From a candidate division FCPU426 bacterium (GTDB taxonomy: Bacteria > Oederibacteriota > Muellerivitia > Muellerivitales > Muellerivitaceae), in NCBI GenBank assembly GCA_963771075.1, contig CAVYSE010000017.1, forward strand, positions 1 to 64,000: a stretch of 64,000 nt of DNA, given 5' to 3'. Below the pieces are notes generated by a model that was not told the DNA's origin, did not search any database, and was given only the letters and a program-made list of their open reading frames with translations. Every line of letters begins with the position of its first letter. The stretch's first letter is position 1. A program made the translations under genes and the position numbers. Shown here piece after piece: positions 43,671 to 54,337 of this stretch.

Positions 43671-44876
43671 CGGTTTCTTTTTAAGTATTTCTCCACTTTT
43701 TTCACGTCCCCGGGCACATCCACCGCGATCGAGTTAAACCTTTGAACGGCGGCCCGGATCACAACCCCGTTTTCCATGGCCCGCAATTGTTCCAATTTTT
43801 CAGTTATTTCAAGCGGAGTCGGCTTGAGGGTGGCCATCAATTGCAGCCAGGCCGGCCGATAGCCGTAGAGGCCGATATGCTGGTAGGCTTGGGGCATTCC
43901 GCCTTCCCGTGGATAAGGAATGGGGGAGCGGGAAAAATAAAGGACATCGCCCTTTCGCCCCAGGACCGCCTTCACCACATTTCGGTTTTTCCAGGTCTTT
44001 TCGTCCGTAAGCGGGATCACTACCGTGGACATCAGGATTTTAGGGTCGCTTTGAAGCACTTCCACCACTGCGTCCACGGCCCCCGGGGGCATGACCGGCT
44101 CGTCTCCCTGGATGTTGACCACGATATCGGCCTTCACATTACGCACGGCATAGGCAATTCGATCGGTCCCTGATGGAAGGCGGGCGGGAGTCATCACCGC
44201 CTTGGCACCCGCTTTTTCACTCACCTCCGCGATTCTTTTGTCATCGGTCGCCACCCAGACCTCGGTCAGGCGTTTTGCTTTTTGGACCTGCCGGATCACC
44301 CGGACAATCATCGGCACCCCGGCGATCAATGCCAAAGGCTTGCCGGGAAATCGTTTCGCCCCGTACCGGGATGGTATAACGCCGATGGCCTTCAATTTCT
44401 TCCCATATCTTTCCACGACCATTTGGATGAGGTTCGTGGTAGAACGCCCCTCCACCACGGGGATGTTCATGACCTTGCCGCCCCAGGATTGCACCAGGTC
44501 CCCGCCGATAATCTTATCGACTGCCCAGTCGCCCCCTTTGACCAGCACGTTCGGGCGCAGAATCTTGATGACGTTATAAGGGTTCTCTTCCTCAAAAAAT
44601 GTCGTGTAATCAACGCATTGAAGCGCCAGCAGCATTTCGGCTCTTTCCGCCAAGGGGAAGAAGCGGCTTAAGAGGGCCCTTAATGCGCCGCACGGACTCG
44701 TCGCTGTTCAAGCCCACCACCAAAAGGTCGCCCTGGGAGCGGGCCGCCTGCAGGTAGGTGACATGTCCCAAATGGAGCAAATCAAAGACCCCATTCGTGA
44801 AGACGACTTTTTTGCCTTGTTTTTGGAGGTTCTGAAGGACCGGCGCTAACTGGGAGGCTTCTAAAAAATGTTCCAA
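43667..44876 (-). CDS. kdsB: Fusion of heptose-1-phosphate adenylyltransferase (RfaE domain II) and CMP-KDO synthetase, with a 1-nt frameshift at 44654-44657
   Basis: [21 protein letters not shown] in one frame; ERAEML..KGGDW..STT continues in frame into [25 protein letters not shown] and LEQLR. Confidence 0.85.
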
Positions 44877-44904
44877 TGCGTCTCAACTTTACTCGGGATG
44901 CATA

Positions 44905-44933
44905 ATTATAGGGAAAGCATCCACCGCTGGCAA
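44905..44933 (-). promoter_or_regulatory. Sigma70-like promoter for the kdsB-pyrG-kdsA operon
   Basis: TTGCCA-N17-TATAAT on the minus strand. Confidence 0.65.
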
Positions 44934-44952
44934 GACAAAGACCTGCGCTTGC

Positions 44953-47577
44953 TTAATGCACATTTTGGTAAAGTTTGAGATCCTCGGGACTCAAAAACTT
45001 AGACGCCTCAGGAACGTCGTACGAAGTTGCGTCCGGCTTGTCGGTGAACAAATCCATCATTGGAATGGCGAGGCCGTCCCCGCTGTTCATGGGTTTCAAT
45101 CCCAGGATCATCTCGATCGTTCGAAGCATGCTTTCCTGATCGTAGGGGTTGCTCACCAGCGCGCCCCGCTTCACGAAGGGGCCAGCGGCAAGAGCAACGG
45201 TTCGGGTTGAGTCCACGTGGTCCAACCCGTCCTGGGAATCATCCTCCACCACGAAGATCTGGCTTTCCTTCCAAACATCGCTTTTCGATATGGTTTCTAC
45301 CATGAGCCCCAGGGCCGCGTCGTTCTGGGCGATATATTGTTCCGGCGTGGGCGGCGGGGGCCATCCCATATGGTCATTGGGAAGCCAAAGGTATTCCAGG
45401 GACGGCACCTGATGGGTGTCTACCTGGCGTTTGAAATCTTCCTTCCAAAGGCGGTAACGCTCCAGGTCGGAAATGGTGAGGTCCCAGGCGGGGTAATTCA
45501 TCGAGTAATGAACCAGAAAATCGGCGAAGGCGTTTTTAAGCTTGTCATCCTTGGCCAAGGCGTCGGCCAGGCTGCTATCCGCCAAGTAGTAATCGGAGAA
45601 AAGGGATACGAACTGGGAATCTCCCAGAAGTTTCTTCGCATCCTCCAAGGTTAGGGCTTGCCGGTAGAAGGCCCCGAACTTTTGGGTAAAACGAAGACCC
45701 CGGTCCTTCTCATTGGCGAAGACCAGGGTGTGCTGGTAGTACTTTTTCACCAGGTCGGAATCGGCCCCGTAGGCATTCAGGAGAATGCGGTAAGGCTGGG
45801 TATAGAGATAATAGGGCTCCCCGTAGACCTTGTAATCCAGCCCCTTGTCCGAGCAGGAGTCCCAAAGATATTGCGGCGAGTAAACTGCCGGGATGGTGCC
45901 GTAGGGATAAAGATATTTCACGGGTTCCTTGCCGTCTTCCGGGTCTTTCCAGTTGAATCGGCCCGCATAGGCGATATTGCCGATCCATTCCAAGAAAGGG
46001 CTGGCATAACCCGAGGTCGTGTAACTGTGGCCCAGGGCGCTTATTTCCCCATCGCAGAAAAAATGATCCAGTGTCACGAATTCTTTAGATAGCTTGTGGG
46101 CGTTGGGGCTCTTGGCCTCGGGGAAGACGCACAATTGGGGGTCGCCCTCCCCCGGGGTCAGGTCGCCCAAAATCTGGTCGTAGGTGCGGTTCTCCCGGAT
46201 GATATAAAAGACATGCTGGATGGGCAGTTTAAAGCCCGCTTGGGGGCTCGCCAGGGGGGAACCCCCGGTGACTTGACCCGTCCATCGGTCCAAGTTGTCC
46301 GCCACGTCCGACAGGGGAAGGGTGGAGAGGGTACCGACCAAGAGGTTTAGAATATAGAAGGGGTCGCTGTTTTGGAGGCCCGGAACACCTTTCTCCCGCA
46401 CGGTCGGCCTCAAGGGGCGGATGCCCTTGGCGCTCAAGATATAAAGGTTTTTCTCGTCCAAATAAACTTTCGTGGGATACCAGCCGGCGGGGATCAGCCC
46501 CAGCATCTTCCCGTCTTCCTTGTTCAAAACCGCCACCGCGTTCCACCCGGCGAGCGAGACATAGAGCCGGTCCGAAGTGGCCGCCACCGAATTGGGACCC
46601 GCCCCGAACTTAAAACCCGCTTGCTTCAAGTCAAAGGTCCCCACCACCTGATCCGTTTGCGTATCGATCACCGAAAGATCGTCCGAGTTGGTGTTGACCA
46701 CGTAAAGCATTCCCTGGCTGAAGGCCAGGTTCGTGGGGCTTTTCCCCACCGGGATCGAAGCACCTTCCACAAGCTTGTCTTTCTTCAGAGTATAAACTTG
46801 AATCCGGTCTTCGCCCTCGATCGTGGCATAAAGTTTCCCTTTCCCCCATTGCAGGGCGTAAGGGTAATGGCCGGTTTTCACTTCATCTAAAATTTTTCCC
46901 GAGGCAGTGTCGAGCAGGGCGATTTCGCCCTTTTCCCAGGGCCCGGTTCCCTTTTGATTGACCATAAGATAGGTCAAGGCAAGCCGGTTCTTGCCCGTAA
47001 AAGCCAACCCTCCCGCGTAGCCATTCACCTCATAAAAGGGGTTGTCCTTGGGCGGCTCCAATTTCGAATTGAGGCGGTATACCTTGAAGTCATATCCCCC
47101 GCTGATGTAGAGGTTCCCGTCCGGGCCGGCCTGGGCCGAGGGAAAGAGCGAATGGAAGGGCAGGGTTTTTTCCAATGTGTTCGTCGAGGGGTCCACGATG
47201 GATACTTTGGAATCGGCCTGGGAGGGGTAAAACCCGTTGTTCAAAACCACCAGTTTGTGTGCGTAGGAAACCATTTCCGAGGGCATAGTCCCCAGTTCGA
47301 GAATCTGCCCTGCCGGAGCGATCTTCCAATTATTGGGAAGGGCCACCTCATGGGTTTCCTTCTTTTGCGATTCTTCCTGGGCCTTCTGGGCGTAAGTCAC
47401 CGCTTGGTCATAGGTGTTGCCCATGGCCGCCACCCATAGGTTGCGCTTTAATTCTTCATGCTCGGAAGGTTCATCCAACCCCGTGACCGGTTGGGATAAG
47501 GCCGTGGCTAGGAGGCCGAGATAAAAGATCATGCAGGTTTTTAGGGTGCGGCTAAGATTCATGGTTATCTCCGGCAA
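44953..47577 (-). CDS. Secreted YncE-like beta-propeller plus alkaline-phosphatase-like phosphoesterase
   Basis: YVVN..SD..SVID and GWYP repeats; IIRENRTYDQ..GD, LPNDH, EDD.Q.G.DHVD. Confidence 0.85.
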   Translation of the reverse strand: MPEITMNLSRTLKTCMIFYLGLLATALSQPVTGLDEPSEHEELKRNLWVAAMGNTYDQAVTYAQKAQEESQKKETHEVALPNNWKIAPAGQILELGTMPSEMVSYAHKLVVLNNGFYPSQADSKVSIVDPSTNTLEKTLPFHSLFPSAQAGPDGNLYISGGYDFKVYRLNSKLEPPKDNPFYEVNGYAGGLAFTGKNRLALTYLMVNQKGTGPWEKGEIALLDTASGKILDEVKTGHYPYALQWGKGKLYATIEGEDRIQVYTLKKDKLVEGASIPVGKSPTNLAFSQGMLYVVNTNSDDLSVIDTQTDQVVGTFDLKQAGFKFGAGPNSVAATSDRLYVSLAGWNAVAVLNKEDGKMLGLIPAGWYPTKVYLDEKNLYILSAKGIRPLRPTVREKGVPGLQNSDPFYILNLLVGTLSTLPLSDVADNLDRWTGQVTGGSPLASPQAGFKLPIQHVFYIIRENRTYDQILGDLTPGEGDPQLCVFPEAKSPNAHKLSKEFVTLDHFFCDGEISALGHSYTTSGYASPFLEWIGNIAYAGRFNWKDPEDGKEPVKYLYPYGTIPAVYSPQYLWDSCSDKGLDYKVYGEPYYLYTQPYRILLNAYGADSDLVKKYYQHTLVFANEKDRGLRFTQKFGAFYRQALTLEDAKKLLGDSQFVSLFSDYYLADSSLADALAKDDKLKNAFADFLVHYSMNYPAWDLTISDLERYRLWKEDFKRQVDTHQVPSLEYLWLPNDHMGWPPPPTPEQYIAQNDAALGLMVETISKSDVWKESQIFVVEDDSQDGLDHVDSTRTVALAAGPFVKRGALVSNPYDQESMLRTIEMILGLKPMNSGDGLAIPMMDLFTDKPDATSYDVPEASKFLSPEDLKLYQNVH

Positions 47578-47635
47578 TCATTGAATGCTAAAAAGATTCC
47601 GGGGAAAAGGGCAGGTTATGTTAAATGGGTGCAAA

Positions 47636-48772
47636 TTAAGCGGATACTAACGTTAATTTCACTATTTCAGGAGGGCACAAAGTCCTCACCTGTGGGGTTC
47701 CCCCAATGCCCCGGTTGATGAATACCACCGTTTTTCCATCCCTAAAAAACCCGCCTACGTAATTGCGCCCTTGGTTGGAAGGAACGATCACCGGGCCGAT
47801 GCCTGGGAAACACACTTGCCCCCCATGGCAATGCCCCGAAATTTGAAAATGCACCCCGACCTTCGCCGAAAGATAAAAATGGTCGGGGTTGTGGGCTACC
47901 ATGATCTTTGCGTCCCCACTTGCCGAAAAAAATGGTTTTTCGTTTTTCTCCCCCGTCCATAGGTCGTCCACACCCATCAAAGAAAGGGTCTTACCCTTCC
48001 GCCGGATGGTTTTCACCTCATTGCGCAAAACTTTGATCCCGGCCCGCTCCACTGATTTTTTGACAGCGGAACCCGCCGTCCAATGGTCGTGGTTTCCCAG
48101 CACCGCGTAAACACCCAGGGGCGCCTTGAATCCTTTCAACACCTTTTCCAAATGGGGTATTTCCCTTGCCCGGGAAATGAAATCACCCGTGAGTAGGAAA
48201 AGATCCGGCTTGAGTTTCCGCATTTCGGAAAAGACCAACCCCAAGTATTGCGCGTGGATATACCCGCCAAAATGGATATCCGAAACCTGGGCCAGGGAAA
48301 GGCCGGAGAAGGCCTGGGGCCAGCCCGGAATCTTGACCTCATACTCATTCACTTCCAGGTCCTGGATCTCGTTACCCATGCCTATTTTTTTCAGCCATGG
48401 GTAAGGCACGTTCCATCGGGCGGGGCGGTTCGGATACCGACGGGCAATGAGCTTCACTTCGGCGTTCTTGCGGACAAAGAACCGCCAAAAGACGTGGCGG
48501 CCTAAAACCGCTAACGAAATGAGGACTATGCCTAAGGCCATCACCTGTAAAGCTGGTGGAATTCGCGACCAGTTCATTAACGTAAAATCCCAATATCGGG
48601 ACAAACAAAAGAAAAGGCCTCCAAAAAAAACCACAAAAACGGCCGTCCATCCCACAATCCATTGTGTTTCTGGAAAACGATAACGGGGATGGAAGCTGAC
48701 GCGGTTCGTTAAATAAAGAAAAAGATTTATAAAGCAAAATAGGCAGAGCCAGAAAAAAGGTTGGAGGATCAT
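47636..48772 (-). CDS. Membrane-anchored metallophosphoesterase (YkuE/YaeI-like)
   Basis: SDIH, TGD, GNHD, HNPD, GHCHGGQ. Confidence 0.9.
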   Translation of the reverse strand: MILQPFFWLCLFCFINLFLYLTNRVSFHPRYRFPETQWIVGWTAVFVVFFGGLFFCLSRYWDFTLMNWSRIPPALQVMALGIVLISLAVLGRHVFWRFFVRKNAEVKLIARRYPNRPARWNVPYPWLKKIGMGNEIQDLEVNEYEVKIPGWPQAFSGLSLAQVSDIHFGGYIHAQYLGLVFSEMRKLKPDLFLLTGDFISRAREIPHLEKVLKGFKAPLGVYAVLGNHDHWTAGSAVKKSVERAGIKVLRNEVKTIRRKGKTLSLMGVDDLWTGEKNEKPFFSASGDAKIMVAHNPDHFYLSAKVGVHFQISGHCHGGQVCFPGIGPVIVPSNQGRNYVGGFFRDGKTVVFINRGIGGTPQVRTLCPPEIVKLTLVSA

Positions 48773-48836
48773 GGAAGGTTCTTATGTCTCATTTGCGCAA
48801 TATTACCTGCGATTATCAAAAGAATTTCAAGGCGGA

Positions 48837-49973
48837 TCACAAGGTTTGGGATGGTTTTAAATTGAAAAGGGTCCGGATTCGATTGTTAACCGGGACTTCA
48901 AAATAACGGTATGAAAAATAAGCGGCGGTCCAAACACCAGCCAAAAGCAACAGGAGCGCCCCCAATCCTCCCGTCCAAGCCAAAAGCGGCAATAGGACGA
49001 AAATTACGGCGGGATGTAACAAATAACAGCCGTAACTCAGCTTACCCGGCCAAGACAATAGGCTTCCCCATTTCGAATTGAGAAACGGCAAGTGTAAACC
49101 GCCTAGAATCGCCAAGGCGCATCCCATCGCGAGGAGAGTGGGGGTCAAGATGGTCTCAATCCCGTCGTCAAATGACGTTCCGAGATAAAGCTCCAGGCAA
49201 ATGACTAAACCGGAAAGAAAGAAGAGAAAGCTTATCCAAGGCCTGTTTTGAAGGCTTTTCTTGAGATGTTCCGAAGCAAAAAAGAGAATCCCACCCACCG
49301 CGATCTGGTCAAAAGCGCCGAAGGAAGCCCAATGCATCCAATCCGAACCCGCCTTAAAGCATAAGAAGGAAAAGCCGCGGAAGAATACGGCGATAAGAAT
49401 GATGCTTCCGAGAAAAAATAAAACACGCTTGCGATTGTTCAGGAATCTTAGGGTTACTGGGTAAAAAAAATAGAACTGTTCCTCAATCGCCAGTGACCAC
49501 AGGATACCCCAGTGCATCCCTATGCCGTGGGAATCCAGGGCTAAATACCAGTTAAAGCCGAAAGAAAACAAGGTGAGCCAAAAACCCCAGCCGTATCTCG
49601 CGGCAAATACCCCTGTGTGATAGGGGATCATCGACGCGCTCACGAATGGCTTTAAGCTTTCCATCAGAAGGCCCAAAAAAACAAAAGCCAATAATAAAGG
49701 AAAAATCCTGGCGGCCCTTTTGACATAAAAAGACTTGAGGTTGATGGTCGAAAAATCCTCAGAGGACTGAACCAGCAATTTCGTGATCAAAAAACCGGAA
49801 ACGACGAAGAAAAAGGTGACCCCATAGGCGCCATTCAGGAATGCCCCCAGGATGATTTGACGGATAACGGGCGGATAGGACCAGCTGGCGACCCAGCGGG
49901 GAAAAAAATGTCCCCCAATCACCAAGAAAATGCTGAGAAACCGGAAAAAATCAACCACTGGAATTCTTTTCAT
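48837..49973 (-). CDS. Acyltransferase family 3 (OafA-like O-acyltransferase)
   Basis: GV.FFFVVSGFLI, FY.KR..RI.P, WSLAIEEQFY, SY..YL.H. Confidence 0.9.
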   Translation of the reverse strand: MKRIPVVDFFRFLSIFLVIGGHFFPRWVASWSYPPVIRQIILGAFLNGAYGVTFFFVVSGFLITKLLVQSSEDFSTINLKSFYVKRAARIFPLLLAFVFLGLLMESLKPFVSASMIPYHTGVFAARYGWGFWLTLFSFGFNWYLALDSHGIGMHWGILWSLAIEEQFYFFYPVTLRFLNNRKRVLFFLGSIILIAVFFRGFSFLCFKAGSDWMHWASFGAFDQIAVGGILFFASEHLKKSLQNRPWISFLFFLSGLVICLELYLGTSFDDGIETILTPTLLAMGCALAILGGLHLPFLNSKWGSLLSWPGKLSYGCYLLHPAVIFVLLPLLAWTGGLGALLLLLAGVWTAAYFSYRYFEVPVNNRIRTLFNLKPSQTL

Positions 49974-50295
49974 CGGTGGCCGGCCTTAATTCTTATGAAC
50001 ATTTCTTTTTTAGGCCCGATCAATTAGGGATTTCCGTGTTCGAACATTTATCGCTAGGCTTGATCCATGGGGCATTATCACTAAGCCATTGATGGGGTAA
50101 AGAACAAATTAGGAAATAAGATTGCTAGAAAGGACCCGTTTGATTGGATACCCAAGGGCAATGGCCTGCACCAACGCCTAATTCAAGTTAATTTCACTTG
50201 CGCCGGCTTCAGCACGGTGGCCTTTCCCCTACGGGAAAACCCGGGAATTCAAAGATGCCAAATAGGGATATGGAATTTGCGTTATTTTTCCTTCA

Positions 50296-50320
50296 AGGCC
50301 CCTTTGGGAAAAGGGGCCCG
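50296..50320 (-). terminator. Possible terminator hairpin after cytochrome b
   Basis: GGCCCCTTT-GGGA-AAGGGGCC hairpin; the U-tract is weak. Confidence 0.4.
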
Positions 50321-50328
50321 AAAGGATG

Positions 50329-51963
50329 TTATTTGCCTTGTTGGTACAGGTAATTCGCTAGGTCCTGGATTTGGTTCGGCGTCAACTGATCGGTGAAGCC
50401 CTGCATGGCCGCGTCCTTGTTCAACAGAACTGGGTTCTTGATGTAGGACGCGATGTAGTCCGCGTCGCGGGCCTGGCCGATATGCGAGAGGTCGGGGCCG
50501 ATTTCCTCGCCGACTCCGTGGAACTTGTGGCAGGAGGCGCAGTTGTCCTCGAAAAGCCGGGGCGCCTGGGCCGTGAAGCTCGCCCCGCCCAAACTGCTCA
50601 TATAAGAAACCAGGGCCTCCACTTCGCCGTCCATGAGCTTGAAATTGGGCATCTTGGTGCCCGGGGTGACCTTCTTCGGGTCGCGGAAATGCGCCGCCAG
50701 CCATTCCCGGTCCCTGCGCATGCCCACGTTATCCAAGGCGGGGCCCACCGATCCCCCGTGCCCGTTCAGGATGTGGCAGTATTCGCAATTGAGGGACTGG
50801 AAAAGCCGTTTTCCCTCGGTGATGAGGGGGTCTTTCTTGACCTCCGGGTTGGTCAAGGGCGATTGCGCCCCCAGGATGGTGAAGACGGCCAAGCCCGCGA
50901 TGGTCAGGAGGCCCGCGAGGGTCCATAAGGGCCTTTGAAGCGGATGGCGCAAGGTATTGCGGTCCAAAAAGGGCAGGCCGAATAAAATCCCGAACACGAT
51001 CAAGGGAAGCAGCACGATGGCGAAGGCCTCCAGTGATCCCGGGAAATATTTCAAGAGCTGGAAAACCGCTAGGAAGTACCACTCCGGGCGGGGGTTATAG
51101 GTCGTATCGGTCGGGTTCGCCAGGTCTTCCAGTTCCGCGGGTTTGAAATAAGCCACGAAGGCAAGCACAAGGAAAACCAGCAGGATCGCCAGGATGTCCT
51201 TGAAAATAATGTAGGGGAAGAAGGACAACCCCTGGGCCTTCAGCTGTAGATACCTTTGCTTGAAACGCGATTTCCAGTCCGGGGCCAAGGCTTCCTCTGT
51301 GTTCAATTTTTCGGGCGGGGCCGAAATGCCATGCCAAATGACCAAAAACAGGTGCAAGGCGATGAGGGAAAGGGCGATGGCGGGAAAAACCAGCACATGG
51401 ATGGCGTAAAAACGGGTCAGGGTCACGGCCCCCAGGTCCTGGCTTCCCTTCATGATTTTGGCCAGGTAGGGCCCCAAAATGGGCACCTGTTCCACCATGT
51501 GGGAACCCACGGTCGTGGCCCAATAGGCTTTCTGGTCCCAGGGCAATAGGTAACCGGTAAAGCCAAAACCAATCACGAGGCAGAACAGGCCCACGCCCGT
51601 CAGCCAGGTCACTTCCCGGGGGTACTTGTAGGCCCCCATGAAGAATACCCGAAGCAGGTGCAGGGTCACCGCCACCACCATGCCCGTGGCCCCCCACTTG
51701 TGGATGGCCCGGATCCACTTGCCCATGGGGACGTCGCTGCTGAGAAATTGGACGGAATCGTAGGCATGGTCGGGCGAGGGGGAATAATGCATGGCCAGAA
51801 GGATGCCCGTCACGACCTGGACTGTGAAGAGGAAAAGGGTCACACTCCCGAGCGTGTACCACCAGTTCACGCCCTTGGGGATGTGGCGGTCGAGGATGAC
51901 TTCTTTCACCTTTTTCCAGCCCGTGCGCTCGTCCAGCCAATCGAGGATCTCTTTCATGGTCAA
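50329..51963 (-). CDS. Cytochrome b subunit of a Rieske/cytochrome b complex, fused to a di-heme cytochrome c
   Basis: H..GA, GYLLPWDQ, TRFY..H, PEWY; C-terminal CEYCH and CASCH. Confidence 0.92.
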   Translation of the reverse strand: MTMKEILDWLDERTGWKKVKEVILDRHIPKGVNWWYTLGSVTLFLFTVQVVTGILLAMHYSPSPDHAYDSVQFLSSDVPMGKWIRAIHKWGATGMVVAVTLHLLRVFFMGAYKYPREVTWLTGVGLFCLVIGFGFTGYLLPWDQKAYWATTVGSHMVEQVPILGPYLAKIMKGSQDLGAVTLTRFYAIHVLVFPAIALSLIALHLFLVIWHGISAPPEKLNTEEALAPDWKSRFKQRYLQLKAQGLSFFPYIIFKDILAILLVFLVLAFVAYFKPAELEDLANPTDTTYNPRPEWYFLAVFQLLKYFPGSLEAFAIVLLPLIVFGILFGLPFLDRNTLRHPLQRPLWTLAGLLTIAGLAVFTILGAQSPLTNPEVKKDPLITEGKRLFQSLNCEYCHILNGHGGSVGPALDNVGMRRDREWLAAHFRDPKKVTPGTKMPNFKLMDGEVEALVSYMSSLGGASFTAQAPRLFEDNCASCHKFHGVGEEIGPDLSHIGQARDADYIASYIKNPVLLNKDAAMQGFTDQLTPNQIQDLANYLYQQGK

Positions 51964-52460
51964 CCCTCCGTGGGCAGGATCGAGACGACTCCGCTTTCCA
52001 CCTTCACGGAGTAGTGGTCCAGGGGCCGGGGAGGGGGGCCGGAAACCACCTTGCCACTCTTGTCGTAAACGCCGTTATGGCAGGGGCAGAGAAAAAGCTT
52101 CTGGTCCGCGTCCCAGCGGTAGGGACAGCCCAAATGGGTGCAATGGGGGTCGAAGGCCGTGAGCTTCCCCTGTTCCTTCAGCATCCAAACGTTGCCGCGG
52201 CTCTCGGTGGTAGCCCACCCGTCCATGATGCGCTGGATGAATTCCTTCTTGACCGGCTGGCCCTCGGGCAGGTCCTTTTCGAGGCCGATCTCGATCCAAT
52301 TTTCCTTCTTCCCCAGCCAGGCCGGGGAAAGGAAATAAACCGCCCCGCTTCCCCCGAGGACAAAAGCGATCACGCCGCCGATAAAGGCGATGGCCGCTCC
52401 CAGGAATTTTCGCCGCTCGGAATTCTCGGGTTCATTGTTTTTTTTATCCAACGGGCACAT
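51960..52460 (-). CDS. Rieske iron-sulfur subunit
   Basis: Tat motif RRKFL; CTHLGC and CPCH. Confidence 0.92.
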   Translation of the reverse strand: MCPLDKKNNEPENSERRKFLGAAIAFIGGVIAFVLGGSGAVYFLSPAWLGKKENWIEIGLEKDLPEGQPVKKEFIQRIMDGWATTESRGNVWMLKEQGKLTAFDPHCTHLGCPYRWDADQKLFLCPCHNGVYDKSGKVVSGPPPRPLDHYSVKVESGVVSILPTEG

Positions 52461-52525
52461 TTAAATCTCCTTGAGGGATCTCGTATCAGCCGGAACTCCA
52501 CTGGGAAAAAAGGACGGCCCGGGCT

Positions 52526-52918
52526 TTACTTCGCGGTGACGCTTTCGTCCGGGTTCCCTTCCCCGATCAAGCTCTTCAAATAAAGGGCCACCTCGTGGAT
52601 TTGATCGTCTGTCAATTTGCCCCGGTAGTTCGGCATCCGGTGTTTGCCCGAATCGACCATCGTCTCGATCTGGAACACGGACATGCGGACGACTTCATCC
52701 CGGTGCAGGTTGATTTTATCCCGGGTCACATTCAAGAGCTTGAGCATCTTGGGGTTTCCCGTGGCGTCCTTGGCATGGCAACGGGCGCATTTACCCTCGA
52801 AGAGTTTCTTTCCGGTCACCAGCTCGTCCCCGAACACCGTTGAAAAAGACAGGACATAACAAAGCAGGGCGAGAATAACCGGTATTGTTGTGGCGAATCC
52901 CCTCTTTGGCCTATTCAT
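52526..52918 (-). CDS. Monoheme cytochrome c
   Basis: Signal peptide, CARCH, distal RMP; GAGGAGG RBS. Confidence 0.85.
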   Translation of the reverse strand: MNRPKRGFATTIPVILALLCYVLSFSTVFGDELVTGKKLFEGKCARCHAKDATGNPKMLKLLNVTRDKINLHRDEVVRMSVFQIETMVDSGKHRMPNYRGKLTDDQIHEVALYLKSLIGEGNPDESVTAK

Positions 52919-53030
52919 GCGAACCTCCTCATTCTGCGGTTGAAAGGCGGGCATTGCAGCCGAATCCGCCGGCGGTCCAATGCCCATTCCATCCATTAAC
53001 CGGCTCCTTCGCTTCCCAACATTCCCCAAT

Positions 53031-53061
53031 AAAAAAAGCCGGGGGAGAGCACCGGCTTTTT
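53031..53061. terminator. Intrinsic terminator
   Basis: A7-GCCGG...CCGGC-T5. Confidence 0.7.
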
Positions 53062-53104
53062 AAACTGCCTTGAGTGGGGGAAATGAGACCATGCCCCGCC
53101 AAAC

Positions 53105-53470
53105 TTATTTCGCCGTTTGAAGGCTTTTCACGTACTGGACCACCTGTTGGATCTGGTCCGGGGTCAGCTTCCCCTTGAATTTGGGCATCTTGCCCTTGCC
53201 CGTCGAGACGATAGTGGCCAGGTCTTCCGCCTTCGCGGTGACGGCTGCGCCGCTGGTCAAATCCACCCGGGAAGGATCCACCTTCATGACCTTGGCGATC
53301 TTGGCGTTTCCCTTGGCGTCCTTGCCGTGGCATTGGGCGCACTTGGACTCGAAAAGCTTCTGGTTGGCGGGCACTGCGGCGTCCGCCCCATAAGCGTAGG
53401 TGCAGGTAAAGAGCAGGGCCGAGAAGAATATCCCCAATAGTGCCGCGACTTCCCTTAAGTACTGTTTCAT
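53105..53470 (-). CDS. Monoheme cytochrome c
   Basis: Signal peptide, CAQCH, KMPKF. Confidence 0.9.
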   Translation of the reverse strand: MKQYLREVAALLGIFFSALLFTCTYAYGADAAVPANQKLFESKCAQCHGKDAKGNAKIAKVMKVDPSRVDLTSGAAVTAKAEDLATIVSTGKGKMPKFKGKLTPDQIQQVVQYVKSLQTAK

Positions 53471-53530
53471 TTTTTTCTCCCGCGTGGAATGATGAAAAAA
53501 CGACCGACTACCTGTCTGAAACACCCGCTA

Positions 53531-53559
53531 ACTTTAAACAACCTGTGCCCCGGGTTCAA
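53531..53559 (-). promoter_or_regulatory. Sigma70-like promoter
   Basis: TTGAAC-N17-TAAAGT. Confidence 0.45.
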
Positions 53560-53638
53560 ATCAATTTTCCTGGCGATAGGGTTTTCAGAGTTGTCCGACT
53601 TTCAAAGGATATTGTGGCTAAAAGGGGGGATTAGGACG

Positions 53639-53688
53639 TCCGGGAAAAAACCGGGTTTATGCCGGAGGAACTCCGTAAAAAACACGGA
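53639..53688. promoter_or_regulatory. Paired palindromic operator sites
   Basis: TCCGG-N7-CCGGG and TCCGT-N7-ACGGA, starts 33 bp apart; same arrangement at 60877-60926. Confidence 0.6.
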
Positions 53689-53719
53689 GATTTCATAGAA
53701 GGAAGGGGAAAATCCCCGT

Positions 53720-54067
53720 CTAATTCATTTTCCTTTTTGGGAGCTTCGCGGAGAAGAGGATCATGTTGAAGATGTGGACGATCCCCACCAACAGGCATTG
53801 CCACCCGAAATAACCGGCGGCCACCTTGATCATTTCATGCGCGTCCTTGAAGTCCTCCTGCCCATAAGCCATGCGGATGAAGATATAGCCGAAATTGATC
53901 AGGTAAAAACCGAGGTCCATCAAGGCCATTAGGGACTGGGACCCTTCCGATTTTTTTGGAAAGATGTAACTCAGGAAATAACTTCCATGCCGCTTCAAAA
54001 GCCTCGAAACAACGATGGTAAAAACGACTCCCAGCACCAGATAACAAAGGTCGAAGTAAATCACCAT
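53720..54067 (-). CDS. Hypothetical membrane protein
   Basis: Three hydrophobic segments, GFYLINFGY motif. Confidence 0.7.
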   Translation of the reverse strand: MVIYFDLCYLVLGVVFTIVVSRLLKRHGSYFLSYIFPKKSEGSQSLMALMDLGFYLINFGYIFIRMAYGQEDFKDAHEMIKVAAGYFGWQCLLVGIVHIFNMILFSAKLPKRKMN

Positions 54068-54109
54068 ATCGCCGCCTCCCCCTCTACCACCCCAGGAAAC
54101 CTTATCCAG

Positions 54110-54337
54110 CTAAGACCTTTTCTGGCGTCCCTGAAATACCTTGTGCCTCACCAGGTCCTTCCATACGTTCGCCAGGTAAAGCACCAGCCCGAGCAGCAAC
54201 AGGGGCTGGCCGATGAAAAGATAAATCAAAAGCGTGACGGGTGAATTATACAGCAGCACCGTCAAGGCCGCCGCGGACCCCAAAAAACAGAGGACGAGGG
54301 CGACTTTCAGCCAGGGACCCAGGTCGAAAAAGATCAT
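54110..54337 (-). CDS. Small two-TM membrane protein
   Basis: MIFFDLGP.. start overlaps the stop of the NapC-like gene (ATGA). Confidence 0.7.
   Translation of the reverse strand: MIFFDLGPWLKVALVLCFLGSAAALTVLLYNSPVTLLIYLFIGQPLLLLGLVLYLANVWKDLVRHKVFQGRQKRS

Noticed and set aside
49974..50290. Long intergenic region as a possible riboswitch or sRNA
   Set aside because: No riboswitch consensus recognisable by eye; an Rfam search would be needed.
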